Shown piece by piece: positions 1 through 8,789 of a stretch of DNA of 38,058 bases. Position numbers and translations under genes: made by a program. Where the stretch lies: positions 1 to 38,058 of the IMG/VR virus record IMGVR_UViG_3300014202_000313; one strand, 5' to 3'. A model generated the notes under the pieces. The model was not told where the DNA came from. It searched no databases and was given only the letters and a program-made list of their open reading frames with translations. Each line of letters starts with the position of its first letter. Within the stretch, counting starts at the first letter, position 1. The stretch is from a virus.

Positions 1-91
1 ACCAAGAGCATCACAAAAACAACGCTAACTTAGAGGACTAAAAACATGGCAACATACAGAAAATTCCCATACGGTAGTTTCCTTCCTTACT
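1..91. repeat. Terminal direct repeat. Bases 1-91 are identical to 37968-38058, as expected for a circular-assembly overlap or terminal redundancy. Unique unit is 37967 bp.
   Basis: Read directly: both copies run accaagagcatcacaaaaacaacgc...ggtagtttccttccttact. The repeat spans the 3' end of the HNH gene and the 5' end of the 252-aa gene. Confidence 0.95.
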
Positions 92-804
92 ACGCGAATG
101 GATTAGCAATTAGCAACAATGCTACCACCCCAAATACAATGCTAGATGTTGGTGTTGGCACAATCATGGATTCAACTGGCACATTCCAAATTGGACTTGA
201 TGTTCCTGTTGTAATTAATGCAGCCAATATTGGTTTAAATGGTATTGATACAGGCGCTTTGGAAGCTAGCAAAGTTTATGCTGTTTATATCGTATGTGAT
301 CCAGTTTCATTGCAACCATCTGGCGCAATGATTTCATTATCATTAACACAGCCTTATCTTCCTGAAGGATATGGATTCTTCGCATTAGTTGGATATGTTA
401 CAACTGATTCAAGCTCACATTTCCTAAAAGGTTATTGGACAGCTGGAAATTCAACAACACGTACATTCACATATGACGCACCAATCATTGCATTGACTGC
501 GGGAGCCGCTACTTCATATACAGGTGTTGCTTTAACCGCTTTTGTTCCTGCTGTTAATAATACTCCGGTTTCAGCTTACATGTTGTTTGCTGCTGCTGCC
601 GCTGGAAATATTGCTAATCTGCAATCCTATGACGGAGTAGGCGACCAAGTTTCGTTGATTGCTCCTGTTGCAACAGGGACTGCGAATACGACTGAAATTG
701 TTACTGTTCTTGCTCAGTTGAATGTTGCTGCTCCATCAATCAAATACAAAGTAGCAGCTGGCGCATTATCTCTGTATGTTTGTGGATATACATTCGGACT
801 ATAA
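46..804 (+). CDS. Virion structural protein of unassigned function (252 aa), first non-HNH gene after the capsid gene
   Basis: ATG preceded by AGAGGA. The protein is Ala/Thr/Gly/Val-rich, sits in the late operon and is followed by a GC-rich hairpin at 811-834. Confidence 0.7.
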   Translation: MATYRKFPYGSFLPYYANGLAISNNATTPNTMLDVGVGTIMDSTGTFQIGLDVPVVINAANIGLNGIDTGALEASKVYAVYIVCDPVSLQPSGAMISLSLTQPYLPEGYGFFALVGYVTTDSSSHFLKGYWTAGNSTTRTFTYDAPIIALTAGAATSYTGVALTAFVPAVNNTPVSAYMLFAAAAAGNIANLQSYDGVGDQVSLIAPVATGTANTTEIVTVLAQLNVAAPSIKYKVAAGALSLYVCGYTFGL

Positions 805-810
805 GTCAAC

Positions 811-834
811 CGCGCACATTCCAAAGTGTGCGCG
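811..834 (+). terminator. GC-rich hairpin (cgcgcaca / ttccaaag / tgtgcgcg) after the 252-aa gene. It may be an attenuator or mRNA stabiliser.
   Basis: An 8-bp perfect stem read from the sequence. There is no clear T-tract afterwards (ccctattcc), so it is not a classic intrinsic terminator. Confidence 0.4.
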
Positions 835-855
835 CCCTATTCCTGGAGGTGATAC

Positions 856-1560
856 ATGGCCGTTACAGCATTAGACTTAATTACTCGTGCTTATTACCTC
901 TCACAAATCGTATCACGTGAATTACAGACTGTTTCTGGCAGCCAGATTGCGGATGGCCTTTATCTGTTGAATGCGTTGCTAGATTTTAAGAGCACGGATA
1001 CTAGGCTGATTCCTTATTACAACCGCACAACCTTTAATGCTGTTGCTGGCCAAGAGGTTTATTTCAGACCTGGTCTATTAATGGTCGACACGCTCACTTT
1101 TAATATAGGGGATGTGCGATATAGTATGAGCGAGTTTACGCGATCACAATATTTTGCCATTAGCCGTGTTGACAACATTCAGTCTCTTCCTTTTTGCTAT
1201 CGCGTGGAACGGGTTAAAGGGGGCGCTAATATATATTTATATTTTGTTCCTGCATCAAATTATGTAATGAACCTATCCGCAAAGTACGCATTAACAGAAG
1301 TGGATTTATTTACCGATATTAGCGAAGTTTACGATAAATACTACATAGAATACCTCAGGCACGAGCTGTCCAACATGATTTGTAGCGATTACGGCGACAC
1401 ATTGCCAGATGCCACTATGGCCACCCTTGAACAATATCGTAAGAAATTGCTTGCGGTTAGCCCTCCAGACCTGTCAATCCAGGGCGAGAACTACTTCGAC
1501 AAGGGATTCGGGATGGATTGGCAAGTAGCCAACCTCACGACTGGATATTGGCCTTTCTAA
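856..1560 (+). CDS. Putative head-tail adaptor (architecture like T7 gp11 / P22 gp4)
   Basis: GGAGGT RBS. The N-terminus ALDLITRAYYLSQIV...ADGLYLLNALLD and the C-terminal helical segment resemble the adaptor / tail tubular A pattern. It lies between the capsid gene and the gp10-like gene. Confidence 0.55.
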   Translation: MAVTALDLITRAYYLSQIVSRELQTVSGSQIADGLYLLNALLDFKSTDTRLIPYYNRTTFNAVAGQEVYFRPGLLMVDTLTFNIGDVRYSMSEFTRSQYFAISRVDNIQSLPFCYRVERVKGGANIYLYFVPASNYVMNLSAKYALTEVDLFTDISEVYDKYYIEYLRHELSNMICSDYGDTLPDATMATLEQYRKKLLAVSPPDLSIQGENYFDKGFGMDWQVANLTTGYWPF

Positions 1561-1589
1561 TGGCGATGGATATTTGCCATTAATTATTG

Positions 1590-1619
1590 TATAATACTCC
1601 TTTAAAATTGAAGGGGTAT
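1590..1619 (+). promoter_or_regulatory. TATAAT (1590-1595) overlapping the 5' arm of a 10-bp hairpin (1594-1603 / 1610-1619). The 3' arm is the GGGG Shine-Dalgarno of the EndoVII gene.
   Basis: atactccttt pairs with gaaggggtat (two G-U pairs), loop aaaatt. The ATG is at 1623. Confidence 0.5.
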
Positions 1620-1622
1620 GTC

Positions 1623-2306
1623 ATGAGCGACGTAGTAAAGAAGTGTAAAGTTCACGGTGATTTGACCATTGAACAAGTGTATAAGAACAATGATAAGAAC
1701 TTAAAAAAAGGGTTCTGTTACAAATGCAAAGAATGTGTTTATGAAAGAACAAGGAATAGACCTTGTCCAAAACATGGCGAGTTAACAGAAAACGAAAGAG
1801 TTCCCTCCGGCGCGTGCCGTTATTGTTCTTTTGAGAATTTGAAAAATGCTAATGTAAAGAGGAACAGCAATCGTGAATGGTTCAATGAAAAGCAAAGATT
1901 AAAGAGAGAAGCTGATCCTGAAAAAGCAAAAAAAGAATACAAAGAAAGATATAAAAAGAATATTGAGATTTACGGGAAAGATTTTCTTAACGAACAGAAA
2001 AAAGCACAAAGATTTGGGTTAAAGCCATGCGATATTCAAAAAATGGCGGAAGAACAACAAAACAAATGCGCGATTTGCTTCAGGCCAGAAACTAGAATAT
2101 TTACACAGAGAACACCCGGAAGAGAAATGAAAATAGCCAAACTATGTATTGATCACTGTCATGAAACAGGAAAAGTTAGAGGCCTTTTATGTCACGATTG
2201 CAATACAAGTTTAGGAAAATTCAAAGATGATATACAAATCCTACAATCAGCAATAGAATACTTAAAAAAGCACAAGGATAATCCAGATGGCGCGTCCAGC
2301 TCCTAG
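1623..2306 (+). CDS. Endonuclease VII-type (HNH superfamily) homing endonuclease with N-terminal zinc-ribbon repeats
   Basis: C-terminal CIDHCHETGKVRGLLCHDCNTSLGKF is the Endonuclease_7 signature. The N-terminus has repeated C-x-x-HG(D/E)L ... CxxC modules. The ATG at 1623 follows GAAGGGG; the track start at 1587 is a TTG extension. Confidence 0.85.
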   Translation: MSDVVKKCKVHGDLTIEQVYKNNDKNLKKGFCYKCKECVYERTRNRPCPKHGELTENERVPSGACRYCSFENLKNANVKRNSNREWFNEKQRLKREADPEKAKKEYKERYKKNIEIYGKDFLNEQKKAQRFGLKPCDIQKMAEEQQNKCAICFRPETRIFTQRTPGREMKIAKLCIDHCHETGKVRGLLCHDCNTSLGKFKDDIQILQSAIEYLKKHKDNPDGASSS

Positions 2307-3930
2307 AGCGAATCAAGAGATAATCGAAGTCCCAGTAGTCATGGCTGGAGGGAACAAATTCGGTCGCTACAGCAAAATCAATGACTCAGAGACCTGGAAC
2401 ATGATAGTGTCGGAGGGCGCTCTTGTTGATTATTCCGGCTACAAGAATCTATTGAACTTGTTGCCGGAATCTCCAGGTCGCGGCACATATTCGAGTGCCC
2501 GTGGAAATTTTATGACTGTTGTTATTGGTGCAAATGTTTATCGTATTAACTATATCGATCAAGATAATCTTGAGGCAGTTCCAGTAGGGATATTGACTAC
2601 TAATGCTGGGGACGTATTCATATCAGAGAACAATAACGCACAGATATGTATAACCGATCAAAGCCATCTTTATGTTTACAAATATGCTGCGCCTAACTCA
2701 GGATCCTTTCGGCGTTCTGGTTTGGATTTCACCCCTTTTCCTATTCTTACGCCAGGCTATATATCATTCCAAAATGGTAGAATGATCATTGCGGATTTAG
2801 AAACTAATCTATGGTATTTATCGGGAATAAATGATGCTGAAATGTGGAACACTTCTAGCGCAGTGAAGAATCATGCTTATGTTGGCTCATTACAAACTAA
2901 ACCTGATACTATGCAAGCAGTTGTACCATTACCGGGGGGCGGTAATAATATAATGGTGTTTGGAAAAACAGTCATTGAACAATGGCAAGATGTGGGGGCA
3001 GCATTGTTTCCATATCAGCGTTCAAGTTCATTGAATATTGATTACGGCTGTTTAAACGCCTCCAGTATTGCTGCTTTAGATAATTATATCGTATGGCTAT
3101 CAGCAAACGAGCAAGGTGGACCAACTGTTATGGTCACAAATGGGGGCCGAGAAGAGCCTATATCTACGGATGGCATTGATTTCAAGTTGGCTAATATCAC
3201 CGATCCTACTAATTGCACAGGATTCTTATTCCGCCAGGACGGTCATTTGATTTATCAATTTACTTTTCCAACTGATAACATTAGTTATATTTACGATTTC
3301 ACCACGAAATTATTTTTCACGGTTTCTGATGAGAATGAAAACTATCATATCGCTAGAAACGTCGTGTTCTTTCACAATGATTATTATTTCGTATCCCTAA
3401 AAGGCGGCAATATATACCGTATGGGAACTCAATATACGACTTACGATTATGGCTCTGATAATGTCCAACAAATTCCTAGAATTCGCATCACAGAGCCATT
3501 CCGATTGCCAACTCAGCGTATGTTTATCATCAAAAGCTTTGGCTTCACAATAGAAAATGGCCAACAAAACTATTATCAAACCTATACCACTGAAAGACAC
3601 GAATCAGATTCGGCTGTAAAAGCTATTTCCACGGAATCTAATATTATTATTTGCACTGAAAACGGAGAAGCCATTGCAACAGAAGGAAGTGGATTTGATG
3701 AAACATTTACTTATGTATTGTCTCCATCAAACGTAGATTTATCTGTTTCTCGTGATGGAGCAGCATCTTTTGGCAATAGTTGGCGACTTAATATGAATCA
3801 AACTGGATTAAGGAAAAGTAGACTTATATGGCAGAGGCTTGGGCAAGCAAATGATATAACGCTTCAGATTCGATTTAATGGCCCTATTAGATTCATTGCC
3901 TTTGATGGCCTGATGGAGGTGTATCAATAA
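2287..3930 (+). CDS. Putative tail hub / packaged-DNA stabilisation protein (P22 gp10-like)
   Basis: 547 aa. Synteny after the adaptor, and the C-terminal pattern LSVSRDGAASFGN...LIWQRLGQANDITLQIRF resembles my recollection of the P22 gp10 C-terminus. Not verified by alignment. Confidence 0.5.
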   Translation: MARPAPRANQEIIEVPVVMAGGNKFGRYSKINDSETWNMIVSEGALVDYSGYKNLLNLLPESPGRGTYSSARGNFMTVVIGANVYRINYIDQDNLEAVPVGILTTNAGDVFISENNNAQICITDQSHLYVYKYAAPNSGSFRRSGLDFTPFPILTPGYISFQNGRMIIADLETNLWYLSGINDAEMWNTSSAVKNHAYVGSLQTKPDTMQAVVPLPGGGNNIMVFGKTVIEQWQDVGAALFPYQRSSSLNIDYGCLNASSIAALDNYIVWLSANEQGGPTVMVTNGGREEPISTDGIDFKLANITDPTNCTGFLFRQDGHLIYQFTFPTDNISYIYDFTTKLFFTVSDENENYHIARNVVFFHNDYYFVSLKGGNIYRMGTQYTTYDYGSDNVQQIPRIRITEPFRLPTQRMFIIKSFGFTIENGQQNYYQTYTTERHESDSAVKAISTESNIIICTENGEAIATEGSGFDETFTYVLSPSNVDLSVSRDGAASFGNSWRLNMNQTGLRKSRLIWQRLGQANDITLQIRFNGPIRFIAFDGLMEVYQ

Positions 3931-4280
3931 TGGAAGATATACGCATTCCAAACCTTCCCACAGGACCGATTGTCGACGCAAACGGAGTTGCTACCGACGG
4001 AGAGTCAACGTTTCGAAGAATATTGATTACGTCTTTGCAAAAGAACTTTGGAAGTGAAGGGTTAGTGGCACCTACGCAGCCTAATGATGCAATGACGACA
4101 CCTCCCACTGATTACATTGACCAAATACAAAATAATACAGTATTTAATCCAGCGACAGGTAATGATGAATATACATGTCAATTTGGTACTATACTTTACA
4201 ATTCGACAGCTAATTCTATAATGATAGCTATTGACGACGGGACAGGCGCTCCAGTGTTTCGGACTGTTACATTAGTTTGA
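3930..4280 (+). CDS. Small virion-associated protein (116 aa), function unknown
   Basis: The start overlaps the upstream stop (TAATG). It lies in the late operon between the hub and ejection-protein genes. Confidence 0.6.
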   Translation: MEDIRIPNLPTGPIVDANGVATDGESTFRRILITSLQKNFGSEGLVAPTQPNDAMTTPPTDYIDQIQNNTVFNPATGNDEYTCQFGTILYNSTANSIMIAIDDGTGAPVFRTVTLV

Positions 4281-4312
4281 TATAATCACCTTTCTTAAAG
4301 GATGGTGATTAT
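4281..4312 (+). promoter_or_regulatory. TATAAT (4281-4286) overlapping the 5' arm of a 9-bp hairpin (4282-4290 / 4304-4312) that covers the start-codon region of the second EndoVII gene
   Basis: ataatcacc pairs perfectly with ggtgattat. The candidate ATGs at 4302 and 4311 lie at the edge of or within the 3' arm. Confidence 0.5.
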
Positions 4313-4979
4313 GAAAATACAGAAGACGTGCAAAATACATGGTGAATTAGGGTTCCATGAAATTCTTGCTTCGGCTAGAACTGATACAGGAAGAGCTTTA
4401 GTTAGATTGAAATGCAAAATTTGTATGCGAGAAAAAAAGGATGCATTACTTTCTAAAAATAAAAAATGTAAATATGAAGATTGTAGTAATTATGTCATAG
4501 ACTTAAATACTTCGGTATGTAATGCATGCAGATATTCAAGAAGAAAAAATAAACCGATTATAAATGCTAATAAATTTTGTGTAGTTCATGGTGAATTGAA
4601 AAGTGAAGATACATTTATTTATGATGGCATATACAAATGTAAAATATGTAAAAATATAAATAGAAGTAAAGTTAGATCGCGAGATAGTGAAGATACGCGG
4701 AAAAGAAATTTAAAAGTAAAATTTAATATTACAATTGAACAATATGAAAAAATGGCATTAGAGCAAAACAATTTATGTAAAATTTGTAATAAACCAGAAA
4801 GTGCTTTAGATTGTAAAAACAAAGGGGAAGAGGCGAAGATTCGAAGATTGGCAGTTGATCATTGTGCGACAACCAATAAAATTCGAGGCCTTTTATGTAT
4901 AAAATGTAATAGTATGATTGGCTCTTCAAAAGATAATCCAGATATATTGCGAGCTGGGGCCAAGTACTTGGAATCATAA
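4302..4979 (+). CDS. Endonuclease VII-type homing endonuclease, paralog of 1623-2306
   Basis: VDHCATTNKIRGLLCIKCNSMIGSSKD is the EndoVII motif. The N-terminus has CKIHGEL and CVVHGEL plus CxxC zinc-ribbon repeats. The alternative start is the ATG at 4311. Confidence 0.85.
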   Translation: MVIMKIQKTCKIHGELGFHEILASARTDTGRALVRLKCKICMREKKDALLSKNKKCKYEDCSNYVIDLNTSVCNACRYSRRKNKPIINANKFCVVHGELKSEDTFIYDGIYKCKICKNINRSKVRSRDSEDTRKRNLKVKFNITIEQYEKMALEQNNLCKICNKPESALDCKNKGEEAKIRRLAVDHCATTNKIRGLLCIKCNSMIGSSKDNPDILRAGAKYLES

Positions 4980-4989
4980 GGAGAGCATA

Positions 4990-5592
4990 ATGTCTTGGTT
5001 TAGTCACGGTATAAATAGTCTATTTGGGGGGGGCGGCAAAAATCCAGCTAAAGTGGCAATGCCATATATTGATCAAATACCAGGCCAAACTCAACCATAT
5101 TATAAACCCTATCAAGAGTCGGGGAATGATGCACTGAAGGATTTGACAGATAGATACTCATCCATGCTTAACAACCCTAATGAGTTATATGATCAAATAA
5201 GCAAGGGATACAAAGAATCCCCAGGATACAAGTTAAAGCTGCAAAAAGGAATGGACGCAGCCAACAACGCCATGGCGATGGGTGGCCAATTAGGAACACC
5301 TCAGCATCAGCAACTTGATTCAGAAGTTCAGGAAGGAATTGCCAGCAAAGACTTTCAAGACTACATGGACAGAGTAATGGGAGTTTACAACAAAGGAATG
5401 GAGGGAGAAGAAGGTATTAACAAAATGGGCTATGATGCCAATAAAGGATATGCTGAATTGATAGCGCAAGTTCTTGGAACGAAAGGCCAATACGCATTTG
5501 GAGGTCAAGCTGGCCAGAATCAGATGAAGAGTCAATCCCGGACAAATCAGATTCAGCTTCTTACACAATTACTCCCATTTTTATTTGGATAA
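4990..5592 (+). CDS. Putative internal virion / ejection protein (Gly/Gln-rich, 200 aa)
   Basis: AAGGAG RBS before the ATG at 4990; the track start at 4918 overlaps the HNH gene and lacks an RBS. Low-complexity G/Q/N composition. Its position matches P22 gp7/gp20/gp16. Confidence 0.5.
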   Translation: MSWFSHGINSLFGGGGKNPAKVAMPYIDQIPGQTQPYYKPYQESGNDALKDLTDRYSSMLNNPNELYDQISKGYKESPGYKLKLQKGMDAANNAMAMGGQLGTPQHQQLDSEVQEGIASKDFQDYMDRVMGVYNKGMEGEEGINKMGYDANKGYAELIAQVLGTKGQYAFGGQAGQNQMKSQSRTNQIQLLTQLLPFLFG

Positions 5593-5601
5593 GGAGTCAT
5601 C

Positions 5602-6561
5602 ATGGCAGTAAATATTCCTGGAATGCCTTTTAAATTGACTGCTCAAGATATGGGTGGTTTTGATTTAGGCAAAGCTATAAGTGGTGGATTGCAGAATTAT
5701 CAACAAGGTATCAAATCAAAATACGCGCCTCAAATGATGGAAGCGCAAGTCAATAAGCTTAAGGCTGATGCACAGAAGAACATGATGTTGAGTCAGTTGT
5801 TTGGTTCTATTATGGGCGCCGAAGGTGGTCCTTCTTTAGGGGGTGGCCAGGAAGGTGTTGGCTCTGGGGGTAATCTTAAAGCTGCTGTATTGAAGGCGTT
5901 TACTGGAATTGATCCTTATTTAATGTCTCCTCAGCAGGAACAAGACTTGAAGATAGCAGGAGCAACTCGTCAACTAGCCAACAAGAAAAATATTGAGACC
6001 GGTGGGGCAAATGTTGTCAGAGAAAATCTTCAAGATAAAGTTTCGCTTCCAAAAGAATATGTTGATATTGGCGGACATTACAATATGCTTAAGGATATTG
6101 CGCTCTCTAAAATGGGCGACAAAGAAGCCAAAGAAAGATTAATCCAAGCAGCAACTGCGAATAAATTAGTTCCTGAATATGCTGCTGCACAATTGGCCGC
6201 TATTGGTCAGCAGCGCCCAGGCGTAGCGACTACACAGCATCAAATATCTGCTATCACTCAAGGATGGCCCAAGTTTTCTCAAAAGATAATTGGCAATCTT
6301 CCGGGAGACATTCAGAAAGAAGCTGAAAGTAGGCACAATAAAGCAGTGAAAGATATAAGCCAAACTCGCTCTCAGTTCTATTCAGGAGGGGGTAAATCAT
6401 CCCCTAAATTATCTTCTGGAAAGAAATTCAAGTGGTCAGATATAACTCATACTGCAAAGCAGAGAAATATTAGTGAAAACGAAGTTATCGACAAGCTAGC
6501 TAAACAAATGGGATTAGGTTTAGATGATTTTATGGATTTAGTTGAGTCACCGGAGGGTTAA
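5602..6561 (+). CDS. Putative internal virion / ejection protein (319 aa)
   Basis: Tightly packed after the previous gene, with Gly-rich stretches (GGPSLGGGQEGVGSGG) and coiled segments. The call rests on synteny only. Confidence 0.45.
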   Translation: MAVNIPGMPFKLTAQDMGGFDLGKAISGGLQNYQQGIKSKYAPQMMEAQVNKLKADAQKNMMLSQLFGSIMGAEGGPSLGGGQEGVGSGGNLKAAVLKAFTGIDPYLMSPQQEQDLKIAGATRQLANKKNIETGGANVVRENLQDKVSLPKEYVDIGGHYNMLKDIALSKMGDKEAKERLIQAATANKLVPEYAAAQLAAIGQQRPGVATTQHQISAITQGWPKFSQKIIGNLPGDIQKEAESRHNKAVKDISQTRSQFYSGGGKSSPKLSSGKKFKWSDITHTAKQRNISENEVIDKLAKQMGLGLDDFMDLVESPEG

Positions 6562-6563
6562 AA

Positions 6564-7577
6564 ATGCCTATCGATTTGTTAGCGCAATATGATGAGCCAA
6601 AAGATTTGCTTGCTGAATATGAAGAACCCAAGAGCCCTTCATCCAAAGGATTTTTAGGTAATTATGCGGATTACGCAAAAGGTGCCGGGTTAGGGATAGG
6701 CCAAGGGTTAGGCGATGCATTGGCCTCGATGGCAAATTTCCCTGGCGATATTTATTCGCATTTTTCCGGGAAAGAATCACCTTATCATGTTCCGCATCCT
6801 GCATTGCAGCAATATTATCCTGAAGGCACTTGGGGGAATATTGGCTCTACACTTGGCAATTTTGAAGGTCAAGTTATAGCGCCAGGCGGCGTTGCATTCA
6901 AGGCGTTGAAAGCGGTTAATAATCCTCTAGCTAAGGCTTTAATGGGCGCTTCCGCAGGAGGTTTAGTAGGTTCTGCTACGAATGAAGGTGATAGACTTGG
7001 CTCAGGTATTGCTGGTGCTGCGTTAGGAACTGGAGGCGCATTGGCCAATAGCATTCTAAAGGGATTTGCTAATATTGCGCCGCTTACTAAAAAGATCGCT
7101 TCGTCTCCTTATGCCAAGAAAGCAGCTTATTTAGAAAAGCACGGAATTGGTAATGATTTGAAGGTTACTCCTGAATACCTAGATGATGCAGAGAGAATAT
7201 TGCGCAACCATCCTTCTGATATTCCTGCGGAAGCCGTAGATGATATTATCCCATTGGCTAGGGCAGGTGAGCATGATGCCATTCATGCTGTGCAATCCAG
7301 CATTAAATCTCTTGGCAGGGATTTATCAAAACAAGGTGGAGTAGCTGGCCGACTTGGAGAGAAATATCATTCATTAGCCGAAAAGATTATGGGCGATGTT
7401 AATAATCAACTCAAAGAATCAGGTCACAAAGAAGCGGTAAGGCTTGAAGAAATCGGTAAGAAGAGAACCGCCAGGTACTATAAACAGCAGCCAATGAGGA
7501 AAATGGCCGCAAAAGGAGCTGCTCATGCGGCAGGATTAGGGGGAGGATATGAATTCTTGAAGTATCTTCTCAAATAG
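6564..7577 (+). CDS. Putative internal virion / ejection protein (337 aa)
   Basis: Gly/Ala-rich central region (GASAGGLVGSATNEGDRLGSGIAGAALGTGGALA). It is the last gene before the accessory island. The call rests on synteny only. Confidence 0.45.
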   Translation: MPIDLLAQYDEPKDLLAEYEEPKSPSSKGFLGNYADYAKGAGLGIGQGLGDALASMANFPGDIYSHFSGKESPYHVPHPALQQYYPEGTWGNIGSTLGNFEGQVIAPGGVAFKALKAVNNPLAKALMGASAGGLVGSATNEGDRLGSGIAGAALGTGGALANSILKGFANIAPLTKKIASSPYAKKAAYLEKHGIGNDLKVTPEYLDDAERILRNHPSDIPAEAVDDIIPLARAGEHDAIHAVQSSIKSLGRDLSKQGGVAGRLGEKYHSLAEKIMGDVNNQLKESGHKEAVRLEEIGKKRTARYYKQQPMRKMAAKGAAHAAGLGGGYEFLKYLLK

Positions 7578-7644
7578 ACTCCGATATCTGCCAAAATATG
7601 CTAGCAATGAATATTAAAAACATGCCTAATACCATGATTGTCTC

Positions 7645-7857
7645 CTATGATTGTTTGCCAAAAATAAAGCCTTTCATTAAATTGAATTCTTCTCTCATTG
7701 TTTGTTGGCGAATATCAATTCGTTCCACCCTGACAAGAAGTTCATTCAATATTTTTTTATGAAGATCGAACTCAGCTTTAAATTTTGCAAAAACATACAA
7801 GAAACCTATGATTGTTATCACAACACCAAGATAAGATTGAAAGTCATTAATTGTCAT
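7645..7857 (-). CDS. Small membrane protein (N-terminal TM helix plus coiled coil); holin- or spanin-like architecture but unassigned
   Basis: The hydrophobic segment LGVVITIIGFLYVFA is followed by a charged helical tail. The architecture, and the motif L..RVE.I, resemble the 57-aa ORF at 21398-21571. Confidence 0.6.
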   Translation of the reverse strand: MTINDFQSYLGVVITIIGFLYVFAKFKAEFDLHKKILNELLVRVERIDIRQQTMREEFNLMKGFIFGKQS

Positions 7858-7914
7858 ATCGCCACCTCTGGAATATGATCAAATAATAACTCAGTGTTAT
7901 TTATTTGTCAAATA

Positions 7915-8115
7915 TTAATCTTCAATTGGAATTGGATCAGGAATACAGAAGTGGGTTACATTACTACAATTGTAATAACATGAATCCTCGGTATACCACC
8001 AAGAATCTCCATCCCATTTTGCTACATCAAATCCATAATCGTAGTTGCTTGGAGTATTTACTAAACATGAAATATTTAATGGAGGAGTATTGTCTCTCAT
8101 TGATAGCCACTTCAT
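7915..8115 (-). CDS. DUF551-like small phage protein
   Basis: The N-terminus MKWLSMRDNTPP and the Trp-rich body (KWDGDSWWY) fit the MKWISV..LP pattern of DUF551-type proteins. The start overlaps the upstream stop (ATGA). Confidence 0.55.
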   Translation of the reverse strand: MKWLSMRDNTPPLNISCLVNTPSNYDYGFDVAKWDGDSWWYTEDSCYYNCSNVTHFCIPDPIPIED

Positions 8116-8333
8116 TCTTCACTACCTCGATGCTTAATAAGCGCCTCAGCTAATCCAATTATATTTCTATATGCCAATATTTGTCCTTTGGATTGACCAA
8201 TAATTAAGTCGTCTTTTTCACTTAATGTCCTCAATAGAGCATCAACAGAATCCTTTTCTTGGTCTTTGCAATAGTCAATTACATCTTTAATATTGGTCAT
8301 TCTTTTTTCCTGCGCAATCCGTACATGTCCCAA
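8112..8333 (-). CDS. Hypothetical protein (likely true start at the ATG at 8300, MTNIKDV...)
   Basis: The ORF ends in ...RGSEE*, overlapping the next start. AGGAAAAAAGA precedes the internal ATG. Confidence 0.55.
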   Translation of the reverse strand: MGHVRIAQEKRMTNIKDVIDYCKDQEKDSVDALLRTLSEKDDLIIGQSKGQILAYRNIIGLAEALIKHRGSEE

Positions 8334-8385
8334 AACATGTCCTTCGATAATAAGGCTTATATTCTTTAACTGAATACCACTTCAT
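8287..8385 (-). pseudogene. Truncated DUF551-like fragment (32 codons, MKWYSVKEYKPYY...)
   Basis: It starts at a second copy of the 18-nt junction ccacttcattcttcacta (8377-8394, identical to 8107-8124). It shares the MKW-S N-terminus with 7915-8115 but stops after 32 codons. Confidence 0.35.
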
Positions 8386-8586
8386 TCTTCACTATCTGCT
8401 TTAACCAAACTTCTATTAATGCATTCTTTTAACCTATCTTTCTCACCATCAAAAAATTTTGTGCCATAAGTAGGGATGAAATCTGATGGTGGATTTACGT
8501 GCAACACAGTCCAATCACGATTGCCTTTTTCAATACGTATAGTATTGCGTCATGTCCAACATATTTGTCATCGCAAATAATTTCAT
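8382..8586 (-). pseudogene. Frameshifted small-gene remnant
   Basis: The ATG at 8586 opens MKLFAMTNMLDMTQYYTY*. A second frame continues RNTIRIEKGNRDW...SLVKADSEE* with no ATG and ends in the conserved junction. Confidence 0.3.
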
Positions 8587-8637
8587 TCTTCACCACGCAA
8601 TAGAGTTTCAATAAAGGAGTTGTTACAATCAGGGACT

Positions 8638-8669
8638 GCGACACAGCCTTGCCGGGCTTTATGTGTCGC
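8638..8669. other. GC-rich two-tier hairpin (gcgacaca ... tgtgtcgc; inner gcc/ggc; loop ttgccg)
   Basis: The complementarity was read directly. It lies in the 521-bp non-coding spacer. Confidence 0.5.
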
Positions 8670-8686
8670 TTAACTTAGACAGGATA

Positions 8687-8715
8687 ATTCTACATGCATA
8701 GCCAAATGGTTTCAA
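8687..8715 (-). promoter_or_regulatory. Sigma70-like promoter TTGAAA-17-TAGAAT pointing leftward into the accessory island
   Basis: On the minus strand: ttgaaa ccatttggctatgcatg tagaat (-35 = 8710-8715, -10 = 8687-8692). Confidence 0.45.
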
Positions 8716-8789
8716 CCAATAAAAAAGCACACATTGAAAAATTTAAAGGCAAGTTTTGGTATCATTGGCGTAATTAGATTAAAAATATA

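Noticed and set aside
4918-4989. N-terminal extensions offered by the track (4918 for the 4990 gene, 31829 for the portal, 1587 for the first EndoVII, 24727 for the Cro-like gene, 29873 for terS)
   Set aside because: In each case an internal ATG is preceded by a clear Shine-Dalgarno sequence. The extension overlaps the upstream gene or begins at a non-ATG codon without an RBS.
7905-8153. The plus-strand 82-aa ORF
   Set aside because: It is antisense to the DUF551-like gene, which has a recognisable N-terminal motif and translational coupling to its neighbour.
8734-8765. A plus-strand promoter for the second initiator gene (TTGAAA ... TATCAT)
   Set aside because: The spacer would be 20 nt. 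With a 17-nt spacer the -10 is TGGTAT, so no acceptable hexamer pair exists.
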